Shown one piece after another: positions 50,381 through 63,249 of a stretch of DNA of 64,000 bases (position 1 is its first letter; each line of letters begins with the position of its first letter). Under the pieces are notes generated by a model, which was not told where the DNA came from, made no database searches, and was given only the letters and a program-made list of their open reading frames with translations. The stretch comes from Negaprion brevirostris. Lineage: Eukaryota. A program made the translations under genes and the position numbers. The stretch covers positions 74,538,336 to 74,602,335 of the forward strand of contig JARDVH010000025.1 of NCBI GenBank assembly GCA_030324005.1, written 5' to 3'.

Positions 50381-53029
50381 GGAGTGCAAATATTAAACAC
50401 TATTAACAGAAGTCAGTCCACTAGTAACTTGGAACTGTGTAAATCACTTGATACCAGATGAACAACCAACAACATTTCACCTACTTCAAAATTTTTATTC
50501 AACCATCAACCCGCTCACCCAATCATCCAGTATCCATTTTATGTACAGAACTCCAGAAGTCCTAAAATAGCCTTTGAAAATCTTTGCAAAGCTCAATAAT
50601 AATTCCGAATAAAGGAATATCACTTGAATGGGTGTTCGAAAATCATTCATCTCTTAGAATCTCATAAGTAATCAAACCCGCACATCCCTAGACAACTATG
50701 TAAACACATGCTACAGTGAAGAAGCTATTTGTGGTTTGGAAGGCATCCAAACCATCAAACTGACATTCCCCATTACAGCTGTTTAAATAAACCCCACAGT
50801 ACTGAATTAAGTAGTGCCTTTGAAGACAGCCAAACATTCAGACATCTATCAAAGCTTTGAAACAGCCAAATGGATGGCTGAGTTGTTATTCAGAGAATGA
50901 ATGAATGAAAGCTCAAAGAGCTGTCAAAGTTTTGTGATAGTCAAATAGATTGCTAGGATGCTCTTTAAGGAATGAATGTAAAGCATGGGGAATGTTTAAA
51001 CAATTAGCTATTGATCCCATAGTGGGGGATGCTTTCAATTATGTACAGTGCAGGATGGCACTTTATCAAATGCAGAATTTTATCTAATGAAGCTGATGAC
51101 TTTCCCACTTTTACAATCCTGTTCTTTCATTTGACAGCTTGCCAGTTGTCAGACTTAACAGCCTGGCAACCACATTATTTAATGCTCACTTACACTTTTT
51201 CCAATCACAGCAAGCAATTTATTTAACTTGGGCTACAGCATTTCCTGACCAACTATAAAGGGGGTAACACCATTTTTACTCACCTTTTGGACCTTTCTCA
51301 CCTCAAATCCATGGTTTGCGACTTCGCACCTAAGGTGTGATTTGAGAAAGGCTTCTAAAATGCGGCCTCATTCTTAAAAATTGCAAAGGTTCCCTAAAAG
51401 TCTGCTTCCAGAAGGGTGCCAGCTACTTTTAAACAGCAGCATGTGTGGTGCCTAACCCATCCTCTTTATTGCACTGCTGAAAATAACCAAAGAGGCAAAT
51501 CAGCCACTATTTTTTCTCCCACCAAACTTTGTTCTGTCCCGAATTGAGACCACAAAATCCAACCCATTAATTTGGGTGACATGTTTGATAAGGTGAGGAG
51601 AATAGAGCATGCAATGCACAATGTATTATTCCGCTGCAAAGGTGGATCTTTATCTCTTTATGGCCACCAAGCCTAATTATTATTAAATAAACAAAGGCAC
51701 TGGCCAATTTCAGCTCAATTACTCTTTGGACTGCAAGTTAAAAGCAAGGATGAAAAGTTTGGATTTTTCTTTGTCTAAAGTAGATTTGTTTAAAAATTAA
51801 ATGTGACAAAGCAGAGCAATACTGGATGTGTGTGTGTGCGCCAGACAGGAAAAGCAGATATACAATTGTTCACATGGATAAATATTCTCGTGTTGCCATG
51901 TAACCTACAGGGAAAAATTGAGTCACCCCACCTTCATAATATTAAATCAGATTCAAGCAAGTGCTGTTTGCATATTAGGGGCTGTGGTTACAGCAACAGA
52001 ATGACCCTTCACGAACATCATTAATGTTTTTTTAATTATGTGAAATGAGTGTCGAGTTTATCTCATTCAAAGATATAAACCCAAAAGATCTGGTGGATTT
52101 TGGGGTGGAAGTCAGAAATAGCAGGAGTAAGGTTTCTTTGATCTCTGTCCTAACATAAGCTTTGAGAGTTTAGGGTGAAGGAGTTACTGGGATATAATGG
52201 AAATCCAGCGAAGATACGCATCTGCTGTGGTTGGCGATAATTGCGCATCATGTGGACCCACAATTCAAGCGTCAATCGATCTTGGAGTCCAGGATCTATA
52301 AGTTGTTACCTGAGGAACTCATATTGATCTCAAACAGTGGACCCTCCATTTTGGAGCAACAAAGTTCTGCATCGTTAGGCCTGCAGGCATGATGGGTGCG
52401 TGCCCACTATGAATGTGCTATTTCTGCAGATTCTCTGGGCACGTGGGCAATTCACGTTGACTGCGATATTTACGTGGAAGGCAACGGGCGGGCGACTGTC
52501 AGCAGCTGGAAAACTCAGAGCTCTTGCTAAACTTAAATGCAAGGCCTCATTAAAATTTTTGGTATTCAGGTGTCCTGCTAGCTGCCAGCCCAATTGAGAG
52601 GCTGCCAGGTAGGAATGACTGCTGTACTAGTCTGCAGTTGGAGAAGAGGGACTAGTTGGCTCTGAATTTCAGATCTGGTCAGGAAGAGTGTTGGTCTGAA
52701 GATGGGTTAGTTGGGGACTTGGGTTGAAAACAGATCAGAAAGACATCTAGTAATCACTGGGCTATCTTGTGGTTGGATTGAGAGGTGGGGTCTGGAGATC
52801 AGATTGGGGATCTAGAAATTAGAGTAGGGTGTCAGCAAATTGTGAGAGGGTCTGATGATCATTGGGAGAGAGGCNNNAGAGGCAGATCACAGGAGGTTAG
52901 TTTTGGGGGTGGGGTGGGGTGGTAACAAACCGCACTGGAAAAGCAATTATATCTGGCAGATCTTATCTCCCTCCAGCTGCCAGATTTTCAAAGCCATGAA
53001 GTCCAAATGACTGCTAAAATCTATGTGGA

Positions 53030-53385
53030 GAGTGTTGTGTAGTGGTAATATCACTGGATTGGTAATGCAGAGTCCCAGACTAATGGTCTGGGACACAGGG
53101 TTCAAATTCCATTATTTGAATTCAATTAATTAATAAGAATTAATCAATAATTCTGAAATTGAAAACAGTAATGGTGGCCATGCAACTGCCATCAGTTGTC
53201 AGCAAAAATCACCTGGTTTAACTAACGTCCTTCAGGGAAGGAAATCTGCTTCCTTAATTGATCTGGCCTACATGTGGTTCCTGACCAGACTCATGATGAT
53301 GCTCTCAGCAAGCCACTCTCATTATACCAATAGGGTATAGGCAACAAATGATGGTATTGCCATTGTTGGTCTCATCTCCTGAAAG
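53030..53385 (+). mobile_element. tRNA-derived SINE (same family as 26255-26596)
   Basis: gtgtagtggtaatatcactgg...gggttcaaattcc...cttcagggaaggaaatctgc. Confidence 0.8.
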
Positions 53386-54214
53386 AAGATTTTAAAACTC
53401 TAGTTTCTCAGTCTCATAAACATATTATAATTACTAGTCTACCTCTGGAGGGCAGGTAACTTACCTGCACACCCTTCTGCAGAACAGCCTTCCAAACCAG
53501 AAGTCTGTGCAAGGCTTCCCATTTTGTACAACCACTTTCCAGTCCACCCTGGCAGGTTAAAACTCGCCCCATTACTTCTGAGAAATGTTCTAGTCATTAA
53601 TACATGCAACCAATGTTTTTGTCTCTTGAAACCAGTCTGGAATGTAAAATCAGCTGTGATTTGAAATGTTTAACCATTTTTGTACATCGTTATCATATTA
53701 GAAATACTGGCTACAGATGGATGTTTAATGTCACAACAGTAGGGGATGGNNNNNNNNNNCAGGCCTGATTGTTAACATATGTTTTCAAGATTTGAGCAAA
53801 ATCTTGGTTACAGCGTCCCCTGGTGCTGTATGATTTTCAGTAATTACTGGTTCCAGCCTCCGATATAGAAAACAGCAGCAAAGAAGCAGATTCAAAAATA
53901 TATATAATCTTGAAAATAACGCTGTACATTTTCACTTTTCTCTTTTTTAGGGCTTCATTCTGCTTCCTCTCAACATTTCAATTAGTTTGTTTGTGTTCAC
54001 AGTAAAAGTGAGGGGACAATCCTGTCCTTCAGAGGTGTTGAGAGTTTCAGTCATAATTTGAGAGTTTTACACACAATTCAGCTCCATACCCGAGGTGTCA
54101 TCTCATTTCAAAACATACACGTGGAGTTTACAGTGTTTCATGACAGACTGCAAGCATCACATCAGGTTCAGGACACAGTCTGTGCTTGCATTAGTCTGAA
54201 TTTGCTATCAGCTA

Positions 54215-54322
54215 ATGGGATCACTTCAACACTGTTTTATCGTCAGCTGTTCAGTTGTGTCCCCTGGTCAGGAGAGGAAGAAGAGTCTGCAGTCATCACC
54301 TACCAGAAATTATCTGGGAAAG
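54215..54322 (+). CDS. Candidate alternative first coding exon in the intron after the 147-nt DNMT3A exon
   Basis: ATG at 54215, 36 open codons MGSLQHCFIVSCSVVSPGQERKKSLQSSPTRNYLGK, ending at a phase-0 donor AAG|gtaatc, in a repeat-poor block. No homology proof. Confidence 0.25.
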
Positions 54323-55027
54323 GTAATCTCATATTGATAGTGAGGGGCATTGGATTAAAGCAGCTGCTGCAGAGCTCCACTGAAGACTAAGTCTTTAAAT
54401 AAACTCTGGGTTTGAAAAGTGATGACTATTTCAGCAGCTGTTTTCCACCAGTAAAAATCACAGAGGCCAGCAAGCAGGTGCTCTTAAAACCTGCTGCTTC
54501 AAAATGATAGGAAAATGTGCTGTTGCATGCATGTGAAAATTGAGCACCACTGCATCCTTTATTGGAATGTAAACATTGCATTCATACGTTTGTCCCATTT
54601 GACCCTTTTTTTTCTCTCTTTTTACACTTTTTCCATATTTTTCTTGGATCTATGTTGCAATAGTTGGAGATGGTTTCAGGCCTGTTCATTAATTCGTGAG
54701 AAATATATTGTAATTGATGTCACTGTATCTCATGTGCAAACAAATGGAGGAGGTTGCACCAAAAAATATTTGTCTGCAAACAATGTATTTTGTTATTGGT
54801 TCTCAGTTTTACAACTCTTGCTTAGAAAGTGCACTCCTTGGACTGTATTTGAAGTATTTTGAATTCTTGGGACAGCAATGCTGCCCTTGTAGAAAGGATG
54901 AGGCACTGAACTTCTGTCCACTATTTTTTCATTTAAATATTTTGGTTGCGTGCCCATTCTTTTAACATCACAGCTCGTGTTGATCCACAAAAGCAGTCAA
55001 TTCCAGGGGGCACTCTGCTTCTCCAAG

Positions 55028-55388
55028 CAGGGAAACCGAAGTATGAAATCAAACCAATGTCTCTCAGTTATTCAGGGAGCACTGTTTAATGGTTATCACT
55101 ACTGTCTGCTACTCATGGGGAGTCCTTTATTGAGTGCAGAATGAGACCGAAGCCTGTTCTCAGTGATGAAGATCCTGCTGGATTTACTGATGTGCTTCGA
55201 ACTGACTTACCAGGGAAACCGAAGTGTGAAATCAAACCAGTGTCTCTCAGGTAATTCAGGGAGCACTGTTTAATGGTTATCATTACTGTCTGCTACTCAT
55301 GGGGAGAATGAGACCGAAGCCTGTTCTCAGTAGATGAAGATCCTGCTGGATTTACTGGTGTGCTTCGAACTGACTTACCAGGGAAACC
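55028..55388. repeat. Recent tandem duplication (183-bp and 168-bp units)
   Basis: Units start with cagggaaacc at 55028, 55211 and (stub) 55379. The second unit lacks the 17 nt tcctttattgagtgcag. Confidence 0.95.
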
Positions 55389-56199
55389 CAAAAATATTCC
55401 TTATAATATTGCAAACTGTTGGTGTTAAATGCATGAGACATCAAGCAAAACATCTGCATCATTTTTCCCCAAAGCACAATTTGCCAGGGATTGTACGGTC
55501 AGTGGGAACCTGAGACACCGAGGTTTTGTTCTGAATTATGGTCCATTACCACCTACCATGCTTCCTGAATCAGTTGTCTGCTCCATTCCCTCTTTCAGTA
55601 GCTCTCTTTGAAAAAAACAAGGGAAGCCCAGATGATGAAGGAACCGGAGTGGATTTCTGAAGTGATTAACATTGGATCAGAAAATGTCCTCATATGTTAA
55701 CTGCTTAGATTATTAAGTATTCACGTGGTTTGCACCTTGGTAATAGTGCTGTCAGTATGTTGATTTGATTTTGATGCATACTGCTATACTTTTCAAAGGG
55801 TTTCGGAATGGCCTGTGGGTGTAATGCTTCAGTGTATATCTACAACTAATGACTTTCAGGTTCCAGTCATAAAAAGACACTCAATCATGTCATTGAGACT
55901 GTCAATCTGTCATGCGAATTATCCTGGGACAATTTCTGCCCTAACTGTCTGACCCTAGACACCGTATGGTATTGCACAGCACTAGCAATTGTTTAGCCTT
56001 TGACCTGGCACATTCCTAACACTGGCATATCATTAGCACATGTTCAAGTGCGGTGCACAGTACTAGTGGCAAGTCAGGATGACAGAATGCTCTAATTAGC
56101 TTCTCCCTTGTAAAGCAACTAGAAATCATTTTCTATACTCCTCAACTAGTTCCTCCTCCAGCTCCAGCTTGAAAGCATAAGCCTTGTATTTGTGAATTA

Positions 56200-56660
56200 T
56201 AGAAGTACTGTTCAGACTGTTGTCACCTCGAGGCTCAACTTCTGAGTAGCTGTTGCCACTGTCCTTCTGAAACATTCTATAGATAAACTCTGCGTTATCC
56301 AGAGCTGCTGTCCTCTAGATCCTATACCCCAGAAAGAGCTGGTCACCTGTCACCCTGGGCCTTTCTGACTTCCATAACTCTCAATCTCCCAGAGCATCGA
56401 TTTGAAGATGTTCTTCCATGTCTACAAATCTCCATACGACCTGACTGTCCAACCTCTATACTCTCCTGTTCCCATAAATTCCAGCCCACGCTCTCTGCTC
56501 TTCTCAGTCTGTGCTACAGTTCATATTCTCTCCTTCTGCCTTATCATTGGTGACAGGATCACACAACTCTCTGGAATTTCTTACTAAAATTTTGCACCTT
56601 GCCTTATTTGTTCCCTTGCTTCAGTAATCATCTCAGACTTGGCTGTTCAACTTTTTTTTA
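56200..56660 (+). mobile_element. Decayed L2 LINE 3' region
   Basis: ttgtcacctcgaggctcaact (VTSRLDY-like), atcgatttgaagatg...tacaaatctcc. Confidence 0.55.
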
Positions 56661-57039
56661 AGCACCGCTTTCCTGTACTTCACCCTATTAAAGATATTTA
56701 TAATTTGGCGTTGCTGCTTTTATTATTAGAGTTGCACGTTTGTTGCACCTATATTTCTGGTATGTGATGTCAGCTATAGAACTGAATTTTAATCCAGATT
56801 CCCAGAAGCTATCATGCCAGAGCCTCTGGAACTGAAGGAGGAGCCCAGACTCTTCCCAAGATAACATGAAGGCCAGATCTGCTGGTAATTTGACTGATTT
56901 ACACTGCTGTGAGACTCTCAATTTGACTACACAAAAATTGTATGCTGTTCGTCACATATGAACAATTTTTTTTTTATTTAACCAAGTTTTAATGGCACTT
57001 CCCATTCATGTTGTTGTTATTGAAGGCTAGGAATACTGC

Positions 57040-57635
57040 AGTGAATAACCCACCAAAGCCTATCCACCATCTACAAGGCACAAATAAGGAATGTGATGGA
57101 ATATTCCCCACTTGCCTGTTTGGGTGCAGCCCCAACAACACTAAAGAAACTTGACACCATCCAGGACAAAGCAGCCCTCTTGATTGGCACCACATCTACA
57201 AACATTCAATCCCTCCACCACCAACACTAAGTAGCAGCAGTGTGCATTATCTACAAGATGCACTGCAGTAATTCATGTACTATCTACAAGATGCACTGCA
57301 GTAATTCACCAAAGATCCTTGGACAACACCTTCCAAACCCATGACCACTTCCATCTGTAAGGGTAAGGGCAGCAGATAAGTGGGAACATCATCTCCTGCA
57401 AGTTCCGCTCCAAACCACTCACTATCCTGACTTGGAAATTTATTGCTGTTCCTCACAGTCACTGGGTCAAAACCCTGGAATTCCCTCCTTATCAGCATTG
57501 TGGGTCAATCCATAGCGCATGGACTACAGCAATTCAAGAAGGGAGCTCATCACCACCTTTTCAAGGGCAGCTAGGGATGGGCAATAAATGCTGGCCAGCC
57601 AGAGACGCCCATGTCCCATGAATTAATATTAAAAA
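57040..57635 (+). mobile_element. LINE 3' end (RT C-terminus plus 3' UTR), L2/CR1 group
   Basis: TIYKAQIRNVMEYSPLA...AAPTTL / KKLDTIQDKAALLIG. Tail gggatgggcaataaatgctggcc. Contains an internal 28-bp duplication at 57248-57275 and 57281-57308. Confidence 0.85.
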
Positions 57636-58349
57636 AATCTATTCTGCTTTGATAGATCTGTGTCAATTGGCAAGATTATGCAAAAGGTATGTCAAACATG
57701 TACAGCATACACAGAAAAAATACATTTTGGGATTTATTGCAATATAGAATCATAAAATTTTATAGCATAGAAAGAGGTCATTTGGCCCATCCACCCTCAA
57801 GGGTAGACAAGGAGCCATCCAGCCAAATTCCACTTTCCAGCTTTAGAGCTTGTTGACTATGACATTTCAAGTGCATATCCAAACATTTGATGGATCACCA
57901 AATGAGCACCAACACTGGACAATAAACAATGCTTCAAAGGTTGTCATCTTTGGACATACTCACTAAGGTTTAATCACCTATTTGATCATGTGACATTTGT
58001 CAATAGTTTATAATTGTTTTTGTGTTTTCCATTAGAAAGATTGAGTCAACTGTGGCTTGTTCATACATTACCATATTTTTGGAATAAAGTACAATAATCA
58101 CATTTTGTGTGAAAGTTGACTGTCACATAATGTATTCAGTTCTTTTAGCTCACTAGCTGTTCAGTCCATTAACTAGACCGTAACCCATTGATCTCATTGT
58201 CCTCTCCTTGTTGATCATTAGATCAAAACGTTTGTCTATCTTCCTTTTCAAAGTCTGACCAAGGATCTCTACCCAAAATATTAACGCACCTTTATCATTT
58301 TCAGACTTTCAGAACTGACTTTTAGACTTTTTCTCATTTGAAAAGTCCA

Positions 58350-59630
58350 GGGTGAAATTTTCCCAAGTCCTCACCAGCAGATTCAGTGGTGGGTGAGGGG
58401 GAAGAATTCACAGGAGGCCCAAAAAGCAGTTTTATGCCGCAATGAATTTATAGAAGGATCTTCTACAAATGTCTGCCATGGCAGATCAGGAAACCCACTG
58501 GAGGCCGGCGAGAAACTCATTTGCATTCTGCTAATGGGATGTTTAATAAGTCCTCGAAGTCCCTTCACCAAAATTCCTTTATTTACAAGTCTGACAACTG
58601 CACACAGAGTGCATTCAGTTAGCAGTCTACACTCGGAGTCCCAGCGGAACTGACACTGCTGGTTAAATACAAGGCAAAAGGCTCCCTGATTGGTCCATCA
58701 ATTTGGCCCTTAATCAAACAAATCAACTTCAGTTGTCTAATTAAAGTCGTTACACTCCTCCCCCACAAAGCCTGAGGAATCATCGGGGCCCAATCGCCTC
58801 AAGGGTCTTTTCCTCTGTTTCTGTGCTGGCTCCGGATCCTCCAATTCGGCCTCTGACTTTGGACAGTTGTATCAGTTTGGCTCCCTTCTCTTCCACAGTG
58901 AGTACCAGAAGGCTGGTTCGCCCACTTCCTCTGGTGGTAGGGGGACAGCAGCTGTTTCCTCCGCAGTGTCCATTTCAGACTCTGCAGTTCCCACTATATT
59001 TATATTCTAACAGGCCAACCTCAATTGCCCGATTAAAGTCATTACAGGATGAAGATGAAGATCCAATCACCCACACCCAATTCTGTGCAGTGCAGGCGGG
59101 AAAACACAACTAGTGCGAAACATGTTTGAAACACTGTGGCGTGTTGATGTCAGGGCTTACCTATGCAATGCCTGGGGGGCTGCCTCCAGAGTTCAGGATG
59201 GAGGTTAACAGCAACTCTGGGCTCTGAAACATCACAGCAGTAGGTGGTGCGAGTATCTGTCGTTGGACCTTCCAGATTCGAAGGTGGCTCCATCATCAGG
59301 CCTCAATGTTCCTACTGAGCCATCATCTTTCTCAAGAGGTTAATCTTCTGATCTCAGACATCCATCATCTTTCTCAGGAGGTCCAGCTTCTTTTTTCAAT
59401 AGTGAGTGACTGATGTGTAGCTTTTGAATGTAGTGCCTAGATGGGACGGCAGACTCTTCCCCCCTTAGCCCGCCTCCCCACGGCATACGACTGAAAACAC
59501 CCAGTTGCATAATTAATGAGGTCAGGGCTGGAAGATTTGGTGTGTTTTCCCACCAGCCTCCACAGCAGGAAGCACTTCACATTCCCATCTCTGCCATGGG
59601 ACTTAGTCCCCAGATGAGAGAATTCCGCCC
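58350..59630. mobile_element. MITE-like element interrupted by an LTR-retrotransposon fragment
   Basis: Imperfect terminal inverted repeats gggtgaaattttcc / gagaattccgccc, of the same type as other MITE-like copies in the window. Confidence 0.5.
58572..59330 (-). mobile_element. LTR retrotransposon 3' end (polypurine tract plus partial 3' LTR)
   Basis: On the minus strand, GGGGGAGGAG (58755-58764) abuts TGTAACGAC (from 58754). AATAAA on the minus strand near 58580. Confidence 0.6.
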
Positions 59631-60196
59631 AATAATTTTTTTTCCCTTTTTTTAACCTTTTTCGGTTTGCTGAATAGTTTTTGCTCTTCAGAGACCTTTG
59701 CACCTTCCATTCTACAATTTCCTTCAACAGCCTGCTTTGACCACGTCTTCAGACATCTTACTTAACTATTTTCCTGTCATGGCTGGGAGTCTGATTATTA
59801 TTTTCATGGAACTCTTTGCAATATTTTGTTGTACTAAAAGCATGAAAGGAACACAGTTATCAGAAACATGAAAAGTACTCAGCTAGCTGTGAAGCAGCTC
59901 AAGATGTTCTACGATAATGAAAGGCATGACCTGGATGCAAGTTAGTTTTCTTTCTTTATGTACTTTTTGCAGCCCATTCCTATTGATTGTTTGGGTCAGT
60001 TAAAAGCAAACAACTCCATTTCATGTATTAGACAAACCACCAAAAACTGATGAAGATAACCCTTGCACACATTAAGGTATGTATATCATACCTCAGAACA
60101 CTACCTATAACATATACATAGTCCAAGGTTCATAGGTCCAAATTCCAGACTTTTACAATCCACAATCACCCAGTCACTCTATCTGATAGCTTTAGA

Positions 60197-60241
60197 CTTA
60201 AGGGCGAGGGAAGGACAACAAGCCCTTCCCTCGCCCTTAAG
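60197..60241. repeat. Perfect 18-bp inverted repeat with 9-nt loop
   Basis: CTTAAGGGCGAGGGAAGG-acaacaagc-CCTTCCCTCGCCCTTAAG. Confidence 0.97.
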
Positions 60242-63200
60242 GCTCCATTAATCAAACTTTTCTCCGAGAGCTTACTCAGCTGTTCATGAATAGATACTTA
60301 TTCAAGTAATTATTGAACTTGTTTTTAATAAAACTGGCAGCATTTCATGAGCATTTCAGTAAGGGGGTAATCTCTACTTGGCAATTTGTCAAGCTAGAAA
60401 GCCTGTCTTGTTTTATTACTGACACCCAGTTAAAACCATCCATAAAGTTGGTATTGAAATGATTGAGAAGATTATAGCCACCTATTAAGTCTGATTTTAA
60501 CTCAGCCTGTCCAACAGAAACTGAATTGCAGATAGCTTGATGTGCTGCTTTATTGTTATCGCTCTCTTCCATTTAATTTGCTCTTCTAATGTGATAAGTA
60601 AGACACAGTCCTTCTTGAAGTATGAAGATGACCATTTTGTCTGGGAGCCAGAGCAACAAAACTGTTGTGCCTTTCCCTGTGAAAATAGCAGGAAGATTGG
60701 CTGGAGCCAGAAGAGGCCTGAACAAACAACTTTTCAAATTTATTTTCAAACTTTCCTTGAAGTTAAAGTTCACAAGGAAAGTCAGGGCCTCTCCTGCCTA
60801 AGCCTAACCTGGGAGACTTTCCCCTCTCCACAGCTTATCCATGGACCAATAACCTCTCTTTGGTCCAAGCTTCTTCCCTCATCTGATGTTCCACTCCTGC
60901 CAGTACAGCAATCGTTGGCTGTCACCTGTTTCTGATGGGTAACTGACCTGGAACACAATGATAATATTTGGGATTTAAAATCGCTTTGGCCTCACATTAT
61001 TGATTTCAGGGAATTTTGCACTTGCCTTGACCCCTCCATGCCTGCTCAGTTCCCATATTGAGTTAAAATTGAGGCTGCTCTTAATCAATTTGGCTGTCTG
61101 AAAAACTTCAAAACAAATCAAATGACTAATCAGGATGGGGTACAGAGCACGACTCTGTTATCTGCGCTCCAATAGTTCACCTTCCTGATTTTCTCAGGTA
61201 AAACCTCACATTGGGGAAGGAGGTCAAAAATATTGGCAGAGTTTTCCAGCAATAGGAATCATGGTGGGTGGGAGCACTATATGTGGCATGATTGAAAGTG
61301 TCAGTTTCGCACCAGATGGAGATTGGTTTGGAATTTTGTTCCCCCAACTTCGATGGTGGCTTAAAGGTGTCAAAGTTTCCTGCTGATCCATGCCAGGAAC
61401 CACGTCTGCAGCTCATGAAAGCTCACTGAACAGCCAACTTGCTGGAATTACATTCCTCTTCCAAGTTAAGTGCCCTACAGCGGATAATTAGAATGGTCTG
61501 TTTTGTGACTGTATATAAATGGCACATGCCTAGGGAGCTTCAGATCATCCACGATATGGAGGTCAGAGGATGTTGCTTTCACCTTCCTTTAAGACTGTAG
61601 CTACAAAGTATCAGGTATCTGTAGCACAAGTTGCACCAGGGCTTGGGGACAGGAAGTAAGAGCAGTGGGGAGAGGTGAGGCGGAAACACCAAGGACTGCA
61701 TGAGGAGGCAGAGGAACATGACAAGGGTGGGGAGAAATAGAGGCAGCACTGGGCAAGGGAAACATGACAGGGGAGAGGGAAAGGAAGAGACAGGGTGAGA
61801 GAATAGTAAGGAACATAGTGGGATAGTGCAAGACTATCCTGGGCAGGAGTTATGTGAATGTCCAAGGAAGAGTCAGAGATTGTACTGCCGCTATGACCAC
61901 TCTGTGAAGGCATATTGTTGGCACTGTCCTGGAGCTGAGGCCGTGCTTGCATTGGCGACATTGCAAAGAGATTATTGTGTGGCTGTGGGGACCATGTTAG
62001 AGGGCTTTGCATGGCACACAAGTCTTATTCCAGGTCTTGTGAGGGGATGGAGAAAGGCTGCTCAGAACAGTGATGATCATATACAATATGGTATACAGGG
62101 CATGGGTCAGTCACATAAGGGATTTGGTCCTGGAGGTTCGATCATGGTGTAGTGATGCAAAGAACATTATAACTTTCAGGAGAGGCAGCTAAATGCTATA
62201 ACTTGATAACTGAAATGTCATGGAGGAGCTTATTGGATGATCTCATTTTGAGGCGGTGCTGAGAAGTAAGGGTATATTTGACCTCAAGAAGAGGAAGGGT
62301 CAGGTTGACAAACAGCGTTGAGATATCAGCATTAAAATGTTCAGAGGGAAGAACAACAACAGCCACGTGATCAACAATGGGGTCAAAGGTAAGAGGGAGA
62401 CTGGATAGTTACAGGATGATTTGGAATTAGGAGGCTATGAGTATGGAAGAAGATGGGACGAATTGATGAGTAATAGGGGAAAGTTGGAAGCTGCTTCATA
62501 CACAAAAGTCAACACCACCATTTCTTCATTCACCGAAGAATGGCACAAAACAAGCTGGAGAAAATCATTCAGGGAGGGGTCTCTAGGCTCTGCATTCTTT
62601 GGCTAATTGAAGGTGCCCCCCTTTAAATTTCCTGCTCAAGCCATGGAGAGCGTGGCTCAACTGAGTGCTGGACTCAGAGGCCTAATGCACAATGAACAAG
62701 TGGGGCTCCTTTATAGATGGTACTCATTCAGGCGACAATCCATTGTGTTTGGGAGCTGTGGTGCATCTGGTATAAAATGAAGGGCTATATCTGCTGCACT
62801 GAGATGGTGTGGGTCCTACAAGCCTCCATGTTCCCAGTGTACTAGTCACGGCATTCAAGGCATCATGCTTGCAATCATGATATGCGTGCAAGGATTGGCT
62901 ATCAGTAGTTATTATCAAGGCCACTGGAGGACAATCACTGACTGTGGGTTATAGGACAGCTGTGATTAGAATGAGATAAAGGACCCCTTGCCAATTGACA
63001 CAGCTCAGGGAAGACCATCACCCTAAGGATCAAGAGCCATTGGGTCCCCAGGAAATCCCACTGGCTGACTGAGGAATGGCCATATCCAAAACGATGTTTG
63101 GCACAACAAACAGGAGATGCAGCTCATACATGGAAATGAATGAAAGACAGTAGCACAGGTGCCTGCACTTGTCTGGAGATGTGGTAGCTCATGTTTGTTA

Positions 63201-63249
63201 TATTATCTTTGAGGAACCATGCTGCTCAGCCTTGGAGAGCATCTGATGC

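Noticed and set aside
55163-55206. C/D box snoRNA-like GTGATGA...CTGA
   Set aside because: Only about 43 nt spans the boxes, there is no convincing terminal stem, and box C is broken in the duplicate copy.
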